Shown: positions 28,014 through 36,976, counted from the stretch's first letter. The stretch is 43,669 bases of DNA from a virus (IMGVR_UViG_3300037483_000168:1-43669), one strand, 5' to 3'. The notes: generated by a model not told the origin, from the letters alone. Numbers and translations are program-made.

Positions 28014-28277
28014 TTAAGGTTGCGGGTTCGGTTTATTCGGCAGAATCATCCAGTAAGTTGGAATGCGCTCACAAAAGTGATAATCATAATCGCTTTTGAC
28101 CTGTTCCTCTTCCTCATACCAACCTGCTTGTAAGTAATCAGGTTCATCGTCTGTGTTGTAATACTCAATATTGCCACCGGTTGTGTAAAACGCCACGTAT
28201 TGATGGCCTTTAGCGTCAATACAGAGCACCTTTTTTATGTTAACAGGTAATCGTTCTTTAACTGAAATCCATTCCAT
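28014..28277 (-). CDS. DUF551-like protein
   Basis: MEWISVKERLP...TYWMILPNKP. Confidence 0.8.
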   Translation of the reverse strand: MEWISVKERLPVNIKKVLCIDAKGHQYVAFYTTGGNIEYYNTDDEPDYLQAGWYEEEEQVKSDYDYHFCERIPTYWMILPNKPNPQP

Positions 28278-28298
28278 CTCTCTATTTTTTAGGTGTGT

Positions 28299-28613
28299 TT
28301 AAACAAATCGTGATAGGTCTTTGCTCTTGTAAAATACTGGCTTGTTCGTGAGCTTTGCGAACTCTATTTCATTCGCCGTACTTTCGCCGATATAACCGTC
28401 GGTATCGATCACTAGAACGCAATCCGATAGCATAATCTTTTTATAATGAACCTTGTCGAGTCTTGATTTCTCGGCATCAGTCGGCGGAAAATTCTCCTCA
28501 CCTGCCGTAACCGAAAAACATACATGACCTTTGCGTTCAAGCATGATTTGAATGTGAACGAAGTCTTTGATAAACTTCAATGATCCGCAGAGTGTTATTA
28601 CTTGATATTTCAT
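28299..28613 (-). CDS. DUF4406/nucleoside deoxyribosyltransferase-like fold protein
   Basis: VITLCGS.KF, H.KKI.LSD.VLVI...GYIGEST..EIEFA....KPV. Confidence 0.6.
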   Translation of the reverse strand: MKYQVITLCGSLKFIKDFVHIQIMLERKGHVCFSVTAGEENFPPTDAEKSRLDKVHYKKIMLSDCVLVIDTDGYIGESTANEIEFAKLTNKPVFYKSKDLSRFV

Positions 28614-28849
28614 CCTTCCTTGTGTTTAGCTTCGAGTTCTGAACCAACTAAAACTGTGAGGCATCCCTTAAAATGATTTATGAAATCAGTGTAGCAGCTT
28701 ATCCGAATGCTGGCAGTCTCACATATTTGACGCGATTCCTTCCTGGTAGATATTTTAGAGGAATGAACCGATTTTCTTACCCGCTCTACTTCGATCAATT
28801 CTTCATAGAATTTTATCAATGCTTTGATGTGTGTTTTGATTTCTTTCAT
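28610..28849 (-). CDS. Hypothetical protein
   Basis: Part of an ATGA-coupled chain. Confidence 0.5.
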   Translation of the reverse strand: MKEIKTHIKALIKFYEELIEVERVRKSVHSSKISTRKESRQICETASIRISCYTDFINHFKGCLTVLVGSELEAKHKEG

Positions 28850-29076
28850 TTCTTCAATATTTCGTTGATCTCCTTCAGTGGGTCTTCAGGCTGTGATTCA
28901 AGGGTAGGTGCACGGTTCATCATAAACCATTTACACATAAAAACTTTCTTGTACTTGCGATCTCCGTTGGACTTCACATGCTCCATTACTGCGTACAGGT
29001 AATTATCGAAGTCCTTAGTCTCGACCACCTCTCCGATCTTCTTCCAGGTTTTATGTTTGAACCAGTTCATAATCAA
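28846..29076 (-). CDS. Hypothetical protein
   Basis: Part of a coupled chain. Confidence 0.5.
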   Translation of the reverse strand: MIMNWFKHKTWKKIGEVVETKDFDNYLYAVMEHVKSNGDRKYKKVFMCKWFMMNRAPTLESQPEDPLKEINEILKK

Positions 29077-29303
29077 CTCACTTTTAGTTTTTGATTCTTG
29101 ATTATCTTCCTTATGAATTCAATTGAGCACCAAAATTCTTTCTCTTCGTAGCTTATCTTATCCACAGGAACTATCTTCATAACCTGACAATCAAAATCGA
29201 TAGCAAGTATACAGCATTGCACGACCTGGTTGGAGCGTTCGTTTACGTATTCAACAACCTCCATTGCTTTCCAGTGATATTTATGAAAGTCTTGCCCTGT
29301 CAT
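29073..29303 (-). CDS. Hypothetical protein
   Basis: Part of a coupled chain. Confidence 0.5.
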   Translation of the reverse strand: MTGQDFHKYHWKAMEVVEYVNERSNQVVQCCILAIDFDCQVMKIVPVDKISYEEKEFWCSIEFIRKIIKNQKLKVS

Positions 29304-29497
29304 TTTATCATTTCACTTTTCAAAAGACAATTTCCCCCTCCGCGCAAACACACCAGCGCGTTTCTCTTCTCCTCTCTAAACTTCTTCACCGTTGCAATGT
29401 ATACTGCTTCTGCCTCTTCTTTAGTTGGATACGGTAGCGCCTTTCTGCTATCGAAGAAACCGTTAAGAAGAAAGATCACTTCGACGTAGTTCATCAC
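29300..29497 (-). CDS. Hypothetical protein
   Basis: Part of a coupled chain. Confidence 0.5.
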   Translation of the reverse strand: MMNYVEVIFLLNGFFDSRKALPYPTKEEAEAVYIATVKKFREEKRNALVCLRGGGNCLLKSEMIK

Positions 29498-30245
29498 CGT
29501 CCTGGATTAGTAATTTATTTTTCAACATGATGGCCGCAAGCTCTTCCGCATGCTCCTGCGTGATGGCGTATATCTCAACACCACGCACCGAAAAATATTT
29601 ATATCCGGAAGTGATCGTTTCGCGTACTGGTTTTTCCTGGCCGTACTTCCTGATGTCCTTATCGCTCATGCCCGGAACTTTCTTTAGGTCCTTCTGAACT
29701 TGATCGAGCCATTGTTGCAGTCGCCTGCTGTGTTCGTTGGAATTATATTCACCCGGCTTTACTGGTGCGTGGGGATTATCCTTCTCGCTCTTTAGCTCCT
29801 CCTCGATGATCTGATACTTTTCGTCCAAGTATTTTTCCATCCACTGACGGATTACGATTCCATCCATACGGAAGATTTCGCCGTACTGCCCAATAGCGCC
29901 TCGTTCAAAACAGATTTTAAAATCCGCCAGGCTTTCATTCGGAAACATTTCTACGAGCTGTGTTGAGATGAATTCAATTTGGCTAGCGGTGAGATTGCCT
30001 CCTACATTAACTCGTTCCGATAGCTTAGCAAGTTCAAGTTTTAGAAAAATTATAATTTTGCTACGGCCAATAATTTTTATCAAGTCGCACAGCGGAGGTT
30101 CTTTCGTTGCAAGCGAAATCTTTGACGGGATAAGTTTCGCTGCCTCCGCGTAATTACCCGCTGCCATGTTCACGCAAAATGTCGTTTGCGATAGCTTCTC
30201 TAATGGCGCTGGAATTTTGTTCTCGTTTTGTTTTTGAAGTTCCAT
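29463..30245 (-). CDS. Replication-associated protein (position of a lambda P-type helicase loader)
   Basis: Follows the initiator; helical, with LADFKICF..G..GQYG.I.R.DG..I..W. Function is inferred from position. Confidence 0.5.
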   Translation of the reverse strand: MELQKQNENKIPAPLEKLSQTTFCVNMAAGNYAEAAKLIPSKISLATKEPPLCDLIKIIGRSKIIIFLKLELAKLSERVNVGGNLTASQIEFISTQLVEMFPNESLADFKICFERGAIGQYGEIFRMDGIVIRQWMEKYLDEKYQIIEEELKSEKDNPHAPVKPGEYNSNEHSRRLQQWLDQVQKDLKKVPGMSDKDIRKYGQEKPVRETITSGYKYFSVRGVEIYAITQEHAEELAAIMLKNKLLIQDGDELRRSDLSS

Positions 30246-30822
30246 TGATCTTCGTGTTTGAAAGCCAAGTATTTAATTTCTGTTTCCACTCGCCCACGTT
30301 TCCAGGTGGGCTCCCTGCATTACTGTGGTGTATCCAGCATTCTTCCCATGCCTGTTTTAAATCCTTCCCTCGGTGGGCCATCTGTAGATTCCCGATGAAA
30401 ATGTCGTCAGTGAAAATCGCCTCAAAAATTTCAAGTTTTGAAATCGGCTCCTTTTTATTATCAATTACATTTTCATTTCTATTTTCATTTTCCATATGTG
30501 AGGTCATATGACCTTCATTTTTGGAGTGTTGATTTTTACCGTTTTTGTTGTTTCTGCGACTGGAAACAAAGTTTTTACGCTTCTCCTTCTCGAGATCAAG
30601 TCGCTCGTTGTACCATAGTCCTTTAGAGTCTTGTCGAAATTTGTCCTGTAGCTTGACCCAAAGTTGACCAACCGTTTGACCTATCATATCTTTGGTCATG
30701 TGACCTCGATTAAACTGAAGCATAAGCAACTCCATGTAAGCGCCCTTTTCTTCGAAGGTCATTCCGAGCGTACCGCCGAGCCAGTCGTTAGGATAAAAAA
30801 GGAACGCCGGATCTTTAGCCAT
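30154..30822 (-). CDS. Replication initiator (YdaU/DUF1376-like N-terminus)
   Basis: MAKDPAFLFYPNDWLGGT..MT.EEKGAY..LL; low-complexity ENENRNEN linker; C-terminal W...L.TW. Confidence 0.8.
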   Translation of the reverse strand: MAKDPAFLFYPNDWLGGTLGMTFEEKGAYMELLMLQFNRGHMTKDMIGQTVGQLWVKLQDKFRQDSKGLWYNERLDLEKEKRKNFVSSRRNNKNGKNQHSKNEGHMTSHMENENRNENVIDNKKEPISKLEIFEAIFTDDIFIGNLQMAHRGKDLKQAWEECWIHHSNAGSPPGNVGEWKQKLNTWLSNTKINGTSKTKREQNSSAIREAIANDILREHGSG

Positions 30823-31057
30823 TGAAAAGCGATGTTTGATTTTCAGGAACAATATCGTTGTGCCGTTCATTAAACTTTCGCTTTCCGCGCTGTACTTTTA
30901 TTTCGTCACACCATATTTTGTATGGATGATATTTTCTTTCTCCCCATGGATACGCTTCTCGCAACGCTGATCTGATTTCTTTTTCGCTGAGCCCTGTTGT
31001 GTCCATCAACACTTGTGCGATAATAGGACGAGCTGAATCTCTCCAAGTTCTTGGCAT
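30815..31057 (-). CDS. Hypothetical phage protein
   Basis: LREAYPWGERKYHPYKIWCDE; precedes the initiator. Confidence 0.65.
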   Translation of the reverse strand: MPRTWRDSARPIIAQVLMDTTGLSEKEIRSALREAYPWGERKYHPYKIWCDEIKVQRGKRKFNERHNDIVPENQTSLFNG

Positions 31058-31062
31058 AAATT

Positions 31063-31100
31063 AAAAAGCCTGGCATCGTAGTAGTGACGCGCAGGCTTTT
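31063..31100 (-). terminator. Terminator/attenuator hairpin upstream of the replication genes
   Basis: On the - strand: AAAAGCCTG...CAGGCTTTTT with a large loop. Confidence 0.6.
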
Positions 31101-31185
31101 AATGGTTGTTAACCGAAACCTATCTCATCGCTACTACTCGAAAAGATTGGTTGTTTTTGATATTCAAAGATCGCTTTCGCGTCTC

Positions 31186-31470
31186 TCATTTCAAAACACT
31201 CACCAGCTTTTTATTTTTCCGGTACCCGTATCTTTTTCTGTTCCAGCACAATTTGCAAGTGTGAAGCCTGTACCCTTTCATTACCTCGAAGTCGTCGACA
31301 GGTTTTTGTATGCCGCACGTATCGCACCAATCCGGATACTCGAAGGTCCTCAGCCGATCCGACCAGTAAAGTCCCATGTACGCCAGGTTAACGCGCCTCT
31401 CCCTGTCTGTCTCCCGGCGGATCTCAGATTTTAGGCCGGTCAGGATGTGGCGAATTTTGAAGGGGGTCAT
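31186..31470 (-). CDS. Hypothetical Zn-finger protein
   Basis: CDTC...CKLC. Confidence 0.55.
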   Translation of the reverse strand: MTPFKIRHILTGLKSEIRRETDRERRVNLAYMGLYWSDRLRTFEYPDWCDTCGIQKPVDDFEVMKGYRLHTCKLCWNRKRYGYRKNKKLVSVLK

Positions 31471-31841
31471 TTCTTCCAGTTTTCAAGTGATCTACGGTAC
31501 TTTTCCTTCGCATCGTAACGAAGGTGGTGAAGCTGGCACATTGCTTTCAAGCGGTCAAGCGCTACGTTCCAGTTCTCTTCGTCGTGGTCCAGGTGAGCAA
31601 CAGTAAGCACTACCTTGACAGGCTTATCGAAAGCTAAGTACTGGCCGCAGTCCTCCACGGCCTGCTCGTAAGTAGCGTACCAGTTGCTGCGGTTATTTTT
31701 CTTTCCCTGAAAAACTAGTTGACCGTTTTTGAAGGTACAGCCTTCGTGTTCGCAATGATTATTAGCGCGTTTTAAAACTGCCGGTACTATTTCAGTCTTC
31801 CAGTTCGGGGGATAACGATCATAATCAATAGGAGGACACAT
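31467..31841 (-). CDS. HNH-like protein
   Basis: RANNHCE..GC, VVLTVAHLDHD..N...LKAMCQLHHL.YD. Confidence 0.75.
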   Translation of the reverse strand: MCPPIDYDRYPPNWKTEIVPAVLKRANNHCEHEGCTFKNGQLVFQGKKNNRSNWYATYEQAVEDCGQYLAFDKPVKVVLTVAHLDHDEENWNVALDRLKAMCQLHHLRYDAKEKYRRSLENWKK

Positions 31842-32463
31842 ATTTAAATATTGTTTTGTTGCACGTTTTACTTAAACCTATAAGATTGTTTTTTATAGCT
31901 GTTCTTTTAATGCCAGTTTTTCTGAATGCATCAGTAGCTCCATCAAATCGAGCTATTTCAACCATCGATAAGTCGTACTGAATTATCGGCTTATTACTGT
32001 TAACCATTCCGATATGCGAATCACTGAACTTTTTAATATCATCAGCACTTCGTTTTTTACCAAGCCAATAATTAACAGGATTTGCCTTCTGTATGTCGGA
32101 CATCTTTTTTTTAGTTTCTGCCGAATGCTTTTTTCCTTTATTAGCTTGTGATATTTTTAGTTTTGTTTCTTCTGAAAGAGCGCCATTACTACCGCCATGC
32201 CTGATATTTAAACCACTATCGCGACATGAAAATTCGGTCATATAAAACAATTCGCGCTCATTAAGGAGATCAATAGAACAATATTCAAGCACTTCAAAAG
32301 AATGTGCATCTACACCATATTTCAGAAATGAGTTATATAAACGAGCTTGTTCGTGGCAATTCCTTAATCTTTTATATTGACCTATTCTGTGCCTTATGTT
32401 CACCGACTGGCCTACATAGATTTTACCTGATGGACTTGTTATTTTGTAGATACCCGATTTCAT
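31825..32463 (-). mobile_element. Free-standing GIY-YIG homing endonuclease with NUMOD3/NUMOD1-like DNA-binding repeats
   Basis: SGIYKI...KIYVGQS, SEETKLKIS, HSAETKKKMS, KPIIQYDL; visibly more AT-rich than its flanks. Confidence 0.88.
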
Positions 32464-32523
32464 GGGTGTAAATATAGTCGCTTGTAGTCTATGGGCATAG
32501 TCTGTGCTGGATGCGGGTGGAGG

Positions 32524-32850
32524 TCATGTTGATAACGCTTTAACCACTTCTTTTTCAAGCTCCATTGGCGATTCATACACCCATCCACCAGGAAATCCAG
32601 TTGAATTTTTAAGACCATCGCCAACCATCCAGACATCGCTATAGTGCCTTCTGTCAATTATTTCTGCGTACCAGTCATTGGTTTTATGCGAGAATGATCC
32701 AGGTACGTCGTGGGACTGCCTAAACCCCAGCTTCGCCAGCATTCTTTTAAAGCTGCCTCGGCATTTCTCCCGCCGCTTCCGCTCTTTTTCGATGGTAGCT
32801 ATTTGCGCAGGGGTCAATTCAATGGAAACACCTTCAACAATTATCTTCAT
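32524..32850 (-). CDS. Hypothetical protein
   Basis: Clean ORF in the operon. Confidence 0.55.
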   Translation of the reverse strand: MKIIVEGVSIELTPAQIATIEKERKRREKCRGSFKRMLAKLGFRQSHDVPGSFSHKTNDWYAEIIDRRHYSDVWMVGDGLKNSTGFPGGWVYESPMELEKEVVKALST

Positions 32851-32944
32851 TTCGTAAAGAATAAGATTGCCATTACTTCAATAAATAGCACCACTATGCA
32901 GACAAACAGTATCATCACTGTATTGTTGCGGTCCTGATCATGGT

Positions 32945-33145
32945 TCACCCATGCTTCCGGTGGTAATCTCTGTTTGAATTCCTTGCCTCTTTGTTAGTCT
33001 GGAAGTCTTCGCGCTGGTTCTTACGCTGCTTTGCGGCTTTCCCTATCAAATCCATGGGGTTTCCGAATGCGATCAAGCCGTTGTCAAATCCGTAACCACC
33101 TCGATCAGCGCTGTTACTGTGCCGTTTACTTTTGTACTTGCTCAT
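32945..33145 (-). CDS. Small basic hypothetical protein
   Basis: Overlap-coupled ORF. Confidence 0.45.
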   Translation of the reverse strand: MSKYKSKRHSNSADRGGYGFDNGLIAFGNPMDLIGKAAKQRKNQREDFQTNKEARNSNRDYHRKHG

Positions 33146-33452
33146 ATTGCTCTATTTTCATTCTTGCTTTCTCAACGTGGAACCTGGTTAGAATCTCGCC
33201 TTTATCGAGCAGGTACTTCCAGGCCTTATCCTTCGCCTCTTCCAATGTAGAGGCGCGAGGTATACATAGCTCGAAGCCGGTTGATACTTCATCGACTACC
33301 CACTCTGGAATGAGCTCTAACACATCCTCGAACTCTTGGTGCGCTGCCCACTGGTAGCCGAATAATTCAAACAGGAAAAACCCATTGACCTCTACTCGTG
33401 AGTTAGGTAACTCGCTGTAGCCCTGGGTGATTTTGTAGGTGAGTTGCTTCAT
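33126..33452 (-). CDS. Hypothetical protein
   Basis: ATGA-coupled to the MTase gene. Confidence 0.55.
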   Translation of the reverse strand: MKQLTYKITQGYSELPNSRVEVNGFFLFELFGYQWAAHQEFEDVLELIPEWVVDEVSTGFELCIPRASTLEEAKDKAWKYLLDKGEILTRFHVEKARMKIEQYEQVQK

Positions 33453-33853
33453 AGTTTCTTTTTTAGGATAAAAGCGGTTATAGGTGACGGGCCCTTAGTC
33501 GCTTCCTTTGTATCGACCTCCAGCCAACGAACGCGGCCCATTGATCGAAGTTCTGCGCCGGCGTCAATTAATAAATTCACATAGGATTGCGTTGGTATCA
33601 AGATTACTGACTCGCGTCCATGCTCTTTGAATTCTTTGATTGCCTTACGAACAAAGGCAGTAGGACCCATTCCGTTACCGTCCTTTTTTCTAAACGGGGG
33701 ATTGACGTAATTTGAATTACCCCACGGAATTTCCAGGCCATTGAAGTTATTCGGTAATGGGCAGGGGCATGGGTCAAAATCAAAGTCGAATTCCTGATTA
33801 AGTCGATTGTACAAATCAGGGGGAGTCAACCAGTATCTTTTTATATCACTCAT
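33449..33853 (-). CDS. Phage Dam-type DNA N6-adenine methyltransferase (compact)
   Basis: WLTPP, FDFDPCP, YVNPPF (motif IV), VILIP. Confidence 0.85.
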   Translation of the reverse strand: MSDIKRYWLTPPDLYNRLNQEFDFDFDPCPCPLPNNFNGLEIPWGNSNYVNPPFRKKDGNGMGPTAFVRKAIKEFKEHGRESVILIPTQSYVNLLIDAGAELRSMGRVRWLEVDTKEATKGPSPITAFILKKKL

Positions 33854-33860
33854 ATACTTT

Positions 33861-34097
33861 TTAAATTTTACTTTTATTCTTGATGAATTCGTTCAGTTCC
33901 TTCACATTCGATCCGCAGAGCCTGCAATTTATTTCGATTGCAGTGTTGAATGATTGTTCGCCGTCTCTATGAAAGTAAAACAATGCCGTTTCATAAAGTG
34001 TCGTTGAGTATTTACGCGCTGTCTCAACCGATAGATTAGGTGCCTTGATCAAAATCTTGGCGGCGATAAAATCTATGGTTAAGGTGCGGCGGTTCAT
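33861..34097 (-). CDS. Hypothetical protein
   Basis: ORF in the operon. Confidence 0.5.
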   Translation of the reverse strand: MNRRTLTIDFIAAKILIKAPNLSVETARKYSTTLYETALFYFHRDGEQSFNTAIEINCRLCGSNVKELNEFIKNKSKI

Positions 34098-34333
34098 ACA
34101 CTTTCATGCTGAGGCACGCTTTCAAGTATCTCTGTTAATTCGCTGATGTCCATGAGCGGGGCGAAAAACTTCCGGTGATAGCCCGCTTTCTCTCTGTCGT
34201 ATTCCTTCAGGACGATAAAATCATCATCCCACGGATGAACACATTTGAAAGTAACTATTTCATCTTTGGCCGGACCGAATCCTACATGCCATATTTCTTT
34301 CGCGATACAGATTAATTGTTGACCTTCCGTCAT
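34094..34333 (-). CDS. Hypothetical protein
   Basis: G...IC....GP...EI.T...Y....F.PL pattern. Confidence 0.55.
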   Translation of the reverse strand: MTEGQQLICIAKEIWHVGFGPAKDEIVTFKCVHPWDDDFIVLKEYDREKAGYHRKFFAPLMDISELTEILESVPQHESV

Positions 34334-34348
34334 AAGCTCAGTTTTAAA

Positions 34349-34591
34349 CTACCCAAGAACTATAATCAAAATCGTGATTGCCGCTATGGTCGTCACCCCT
34401 ATTGTAAAAGCAAGAAGTCCTGAATCGATGAACCTCTGAAAAGTGAGATCATGATTGTAGCGATACCAGAACCTTTCTACCGGGCCGTATTTCAGTTTAC
34501 GGACTCTCCTGGCGTGATAATTTCTAACAGGGGAGTAAGTAAGGCCGAACTCTTCGGCTGTATCTTCAGGGGTTTTGATGGGCTTGGTCAT
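34349..34591 (-). CDS. Hypothetical membrane protein
   Basis: C-terminal TM segment. Confidence 0.5.
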   Translation of the reverse strand: MTKPIKTPEDTAEEFGLTYSPVRNYHARRVRKLKYGPVERFWYRYNHDLTFQRFIDSGLLAFTIGVTTIAAITILIIVLG

Positions 34592-34812
34592 TAGATAATC
34601 ATTTTAAGCGGAATCCAATCAAGTGCTGCCGATGGCGCTGAATGCTCCTGAAGTTCTTTTTCGAACTCGCTTGCGTCATCATTTTCGTGGACCGCTATTC
34701 GAGTGATGAACGCATGGCAGTTTACGCCGCCCTCAGTTACTCCCTCCCAAACTCGGGCAGGAATTCCGTTGATGGTTACGATCTTTTCAGTTGAGTGAAG
34801 TTGTACTTTCAT
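34591..34812 (-). CDS. Hypothetical phage protein
   Basis: NGIPARVWEG.T..G..CHAFITRI. Confidence 0.6.
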   Translation of the reverse strand: MKVQLHSTEKIVTINGIPARVWEGVTEGGVNCHAFITRIAVHENDDASEFEKELQEHSAPSAALDWIPLKMII

Positions 34813-35495
34813 GGTAGTTTGTTTAGAAACTCTCTACAAAGTTTAACGCGTTCGTAGACTTCATCCATATCAATCTTTGGAACATCGAATTCAATATAGC
34901 GCTCAGACAACGGGATGTCATCGAAGATACAATTTTTATCAATTTCGATGCAAGCCTGTTGGTATAATTCACTTGCATCCGGATCAATAATCCCCATCTT
35001 GTAACGCAGTTTGCTTTTCTCCTGCTCTATTAAAACGTCAGGCGTATTTTCAAGCACGTATACTAGACTTCCGGTAGTTTTTTTTAGCAATTCCATGTAG
35101 CCGTTCACCTGGAATTTATATCCCTTGTTGATTGGCTTGTGCATGTTCTCAAAGAATGTCCAGATAGACCAGGAAGATTTTATGTCCTTCACTGACGTGT
35201 CTGTGATGATGTCCGGCGTTCCGATTATGAATTCGTTCTCAAAAACTTCCCTATTCTTTTTGTAGAAAACTTTCGTGCAGCGAGAATAAAGCGTTATTGA
35301 ACTCTCCTCAACCATGTTACCCTTCTCAACATACTTGTTCGTCAGCTCTTGATGGCGGCCGTACTTCGCTTCGATGTAGCATTCGAGTAAGTGAGACTTG
35401 CACGTCTCGCCCAATGGATCCTTAGTCCTGCTGTCTGTCATGATTGCGCCTAGAGACGAACAATGGAACCGGTAATTTGTAAAATCTACTTTCAT
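34809..35495 (-). CDS. PD-(D/E)XK (YqaJ/lambda-exo-like) recombination exonuclease
   Basis: CSSLG.IM, KY.EKG..VE, GTPDII...DIKSSW, Y.FQ..GYM.L; adjacent to the annealase. Confidence 0.8.
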   Translation of the reverse strand: MKVDFTNYRFHCSSLGAIMTDSRTKDPLGETCKSHLLECYIEAKYGRHQELTNKYVEKGNMVEESSITLYSRCTKVFYKKNREVFENEFIIGTPDIITDTSVKDIKSSWSIWTFFENMHKPINKGYKFQVNGYMELLKKTTGSLVYVLENTPDVLIEQEKSKLRYKMGIIDPDASELYQQACIEIDKNCIFDDIPLSERYIEFDVPKIDMDEVYERVKLCREFLNKLP

Positions 35496-36223
35496 TTTTT
35501 TGCTTTAAGTTCGTCCATTTTGATGGTGAATAAATCGAGCTGATCGTCCTTTACATGAGGACCAACCGCCTCCAGTTCCTCGACTGTTTTAGCGTCTTGG
35601 ATCATAAGCACTATTCTTTCATCCTCTTTTGCGAGGTTAGGCTCTGGCTCAGGATCAACGACCTGGTGCTGAATATCAACGATCTCATCAGACGTCTGCA
35701 TACCCATTAAAAGCTCAGGCGCGTACAATCGGCCGAAGAAAGTAGCCGACCGGTACATCAACATAAGCTCAGGTATTGTTTGCCATTTACTACCCTTCTT
35801 TTCGAGCCATCCTTCATTCTTCGCCATCTTCATAGATACCTCCGGACTTTCAAGAACATCACCGCTCTTCAGGTCAGTAGCAAAAGCAACGCAAGTTCTT
35901 TCCATTGATCCCTTAGTTCCTTCCTTGCGAAACTGTAGCGTGGAGAATCGCTTGCAAGAATTTATCCCAGCGATGATAAAGGTAGCGCTCCACCCTGGCT
36001 TGCCATAGACCACGTAAAGGTTTTGCATCACCATCAAAGGACTTGCGCCGATTCGGTTAGCCATCTCCATAGCAATCATGGTGTTTTGAACGTTGCCTTT
36101 AAATTGCACCGGCAGAAGATCGGATGATGATAACATTTTTGCAACGCGCTGTGCATGCTCGAATAGCTGAAGCGAAAAAACGCTTTCGTTTGTTGCTGGT
36201 AATAAATCTTTTTGATTGCTCAT
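35492..36223 (-). CDS. RecT/Red-beta-like single-strand annealing protein
   Basis: LP..FKG, P..VMQNLYVV.GKP, W...P.LML.YRS..FFGR..APE.L.G....E. Confidence 0.75.
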   Translation of the reverse strand: MSNQKDLLPATNESVFSLQLFEHAQRVAKMLSSSDLLPVQFKGNVQNTMIAMEMANRIGASPLMVMQNLYVVYGKPGWSATFIIAGINSCKRFSTLQFRKEGTKGSMERTCVAFATDLKSGDVLESPEVSMKMAKNEGWLEKKGSKWQTIPELMLMYRSATFFGRLYAPELLMGMQTSDEIVDIQHQVVDPEPEPNLAKEDERIVLMIQDAKTVEELEAVGPHVKDDQLDLFTIKMDELKAKK

Positions 36224-36640
36224 TTTTGTAATCGTTTTTTAGCCCACGCTTTTTTAACTGCTTTAGAAATCCGCTGCCTTTGCTTCTTGTGAGAAAACAA
36301 CGCGCCCGCCGGCATGAGCGTGCTTCATGTTTGAGGCATGGTCACACCATTTTAAATTACTGGCATTATTATTATGCTTGTTAAAGTCTTCATGATTCAC
36401 CTCTGGCAATGAATGAGGGTTGTTCACGAATAGCAATGCAACGAGGCGTTGTATATAACGATCACCGTTAGCGCCTAAGTTAACGCGGAGATACTTTCCT
36501 TGTCTTGGTTTTAGAACTTTAGCGTAAGAGCATTTGCTATAGAATTTCAATGACTTCACAAGCCCAGTGTTACTAACCTGATACCGACCCTCAAAGCCTG
36601 GTATATCTTTCCATTCTAACGCTTGTGTTTGTTCGCTCAT
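36220..36640 (-). mobile_element. NUMOD4-HNH homing endonuclease, apparently frameshifted near its C-terminus
   Basis: EWKDIPGFEGRYQVSNTG, RLVA..F..NP...PEVNH.D.NK.NN...NL.W. The ORF stops at 36263, but the +1 frame continues QRISKAVKKAWAKKRLQK* to 36220. Confidence 0.8.
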
Positions 36641-36661
36641 AATTTTAGTTTTAAAAAATGG

Positions 36662-36976
36662 CTAAACCTCAATTCTGTCATTGGTCTTCTCCCGTAAAAA
36701 TTTAACCATATTGTCTATTGCACGTCTCGGTTCAATATTGAAACGCATCACGTAACCAACGTATACATTGTTAGGGTCTTTGTCCAGCATTGGTCTTATC
36801 TCCACCCCTAAAGCATCCAATCCATTATCTTTAACTTCAAGAAAGAAGGTGCGCGAACCTTGTTTTATATTTTGCCTGAGATAATCCTCTATCTGGATAG
36901 AGTTGTGATAGGCCCTATGCGTTTGAGATGCTATTTCTAAAGCCTTCCGTTTCGCTGAATTTTTTCTCTTTCTCAT
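36662..36976 (-). CDS. Hypothetical protein
   Basis: Clean ORF. Confidence 0.5.
   Translation of the reverse strand: MRKRKNSAKRKALEIASQTHRAYHNSIQIEDYLRQNIKQGSRTFFLEVKDNGLDALGVEIRPMLDKDPNNVYVGYVMRFNIEPRRAIDNMVKFLREKTNDRIEV

Noticed and set aside
31825-32498. Group I intron around the GIY-YIG gene
   Set aside because: There is no non-coding sequence to form a ribozyme core; both ends overlap neighbouring ORFs.
32460-32657. 65-aa minus-strand ORF as a full gene
   Set aside because: Mostly overlaps ORF 32524-32850; only the last 12 codons from ATG 32498 look meaningful.
33449-33853. Restriction-modification system
   Set aside because: Orphan phage Dam-like MTase with no adjacent restriction endonuclease.
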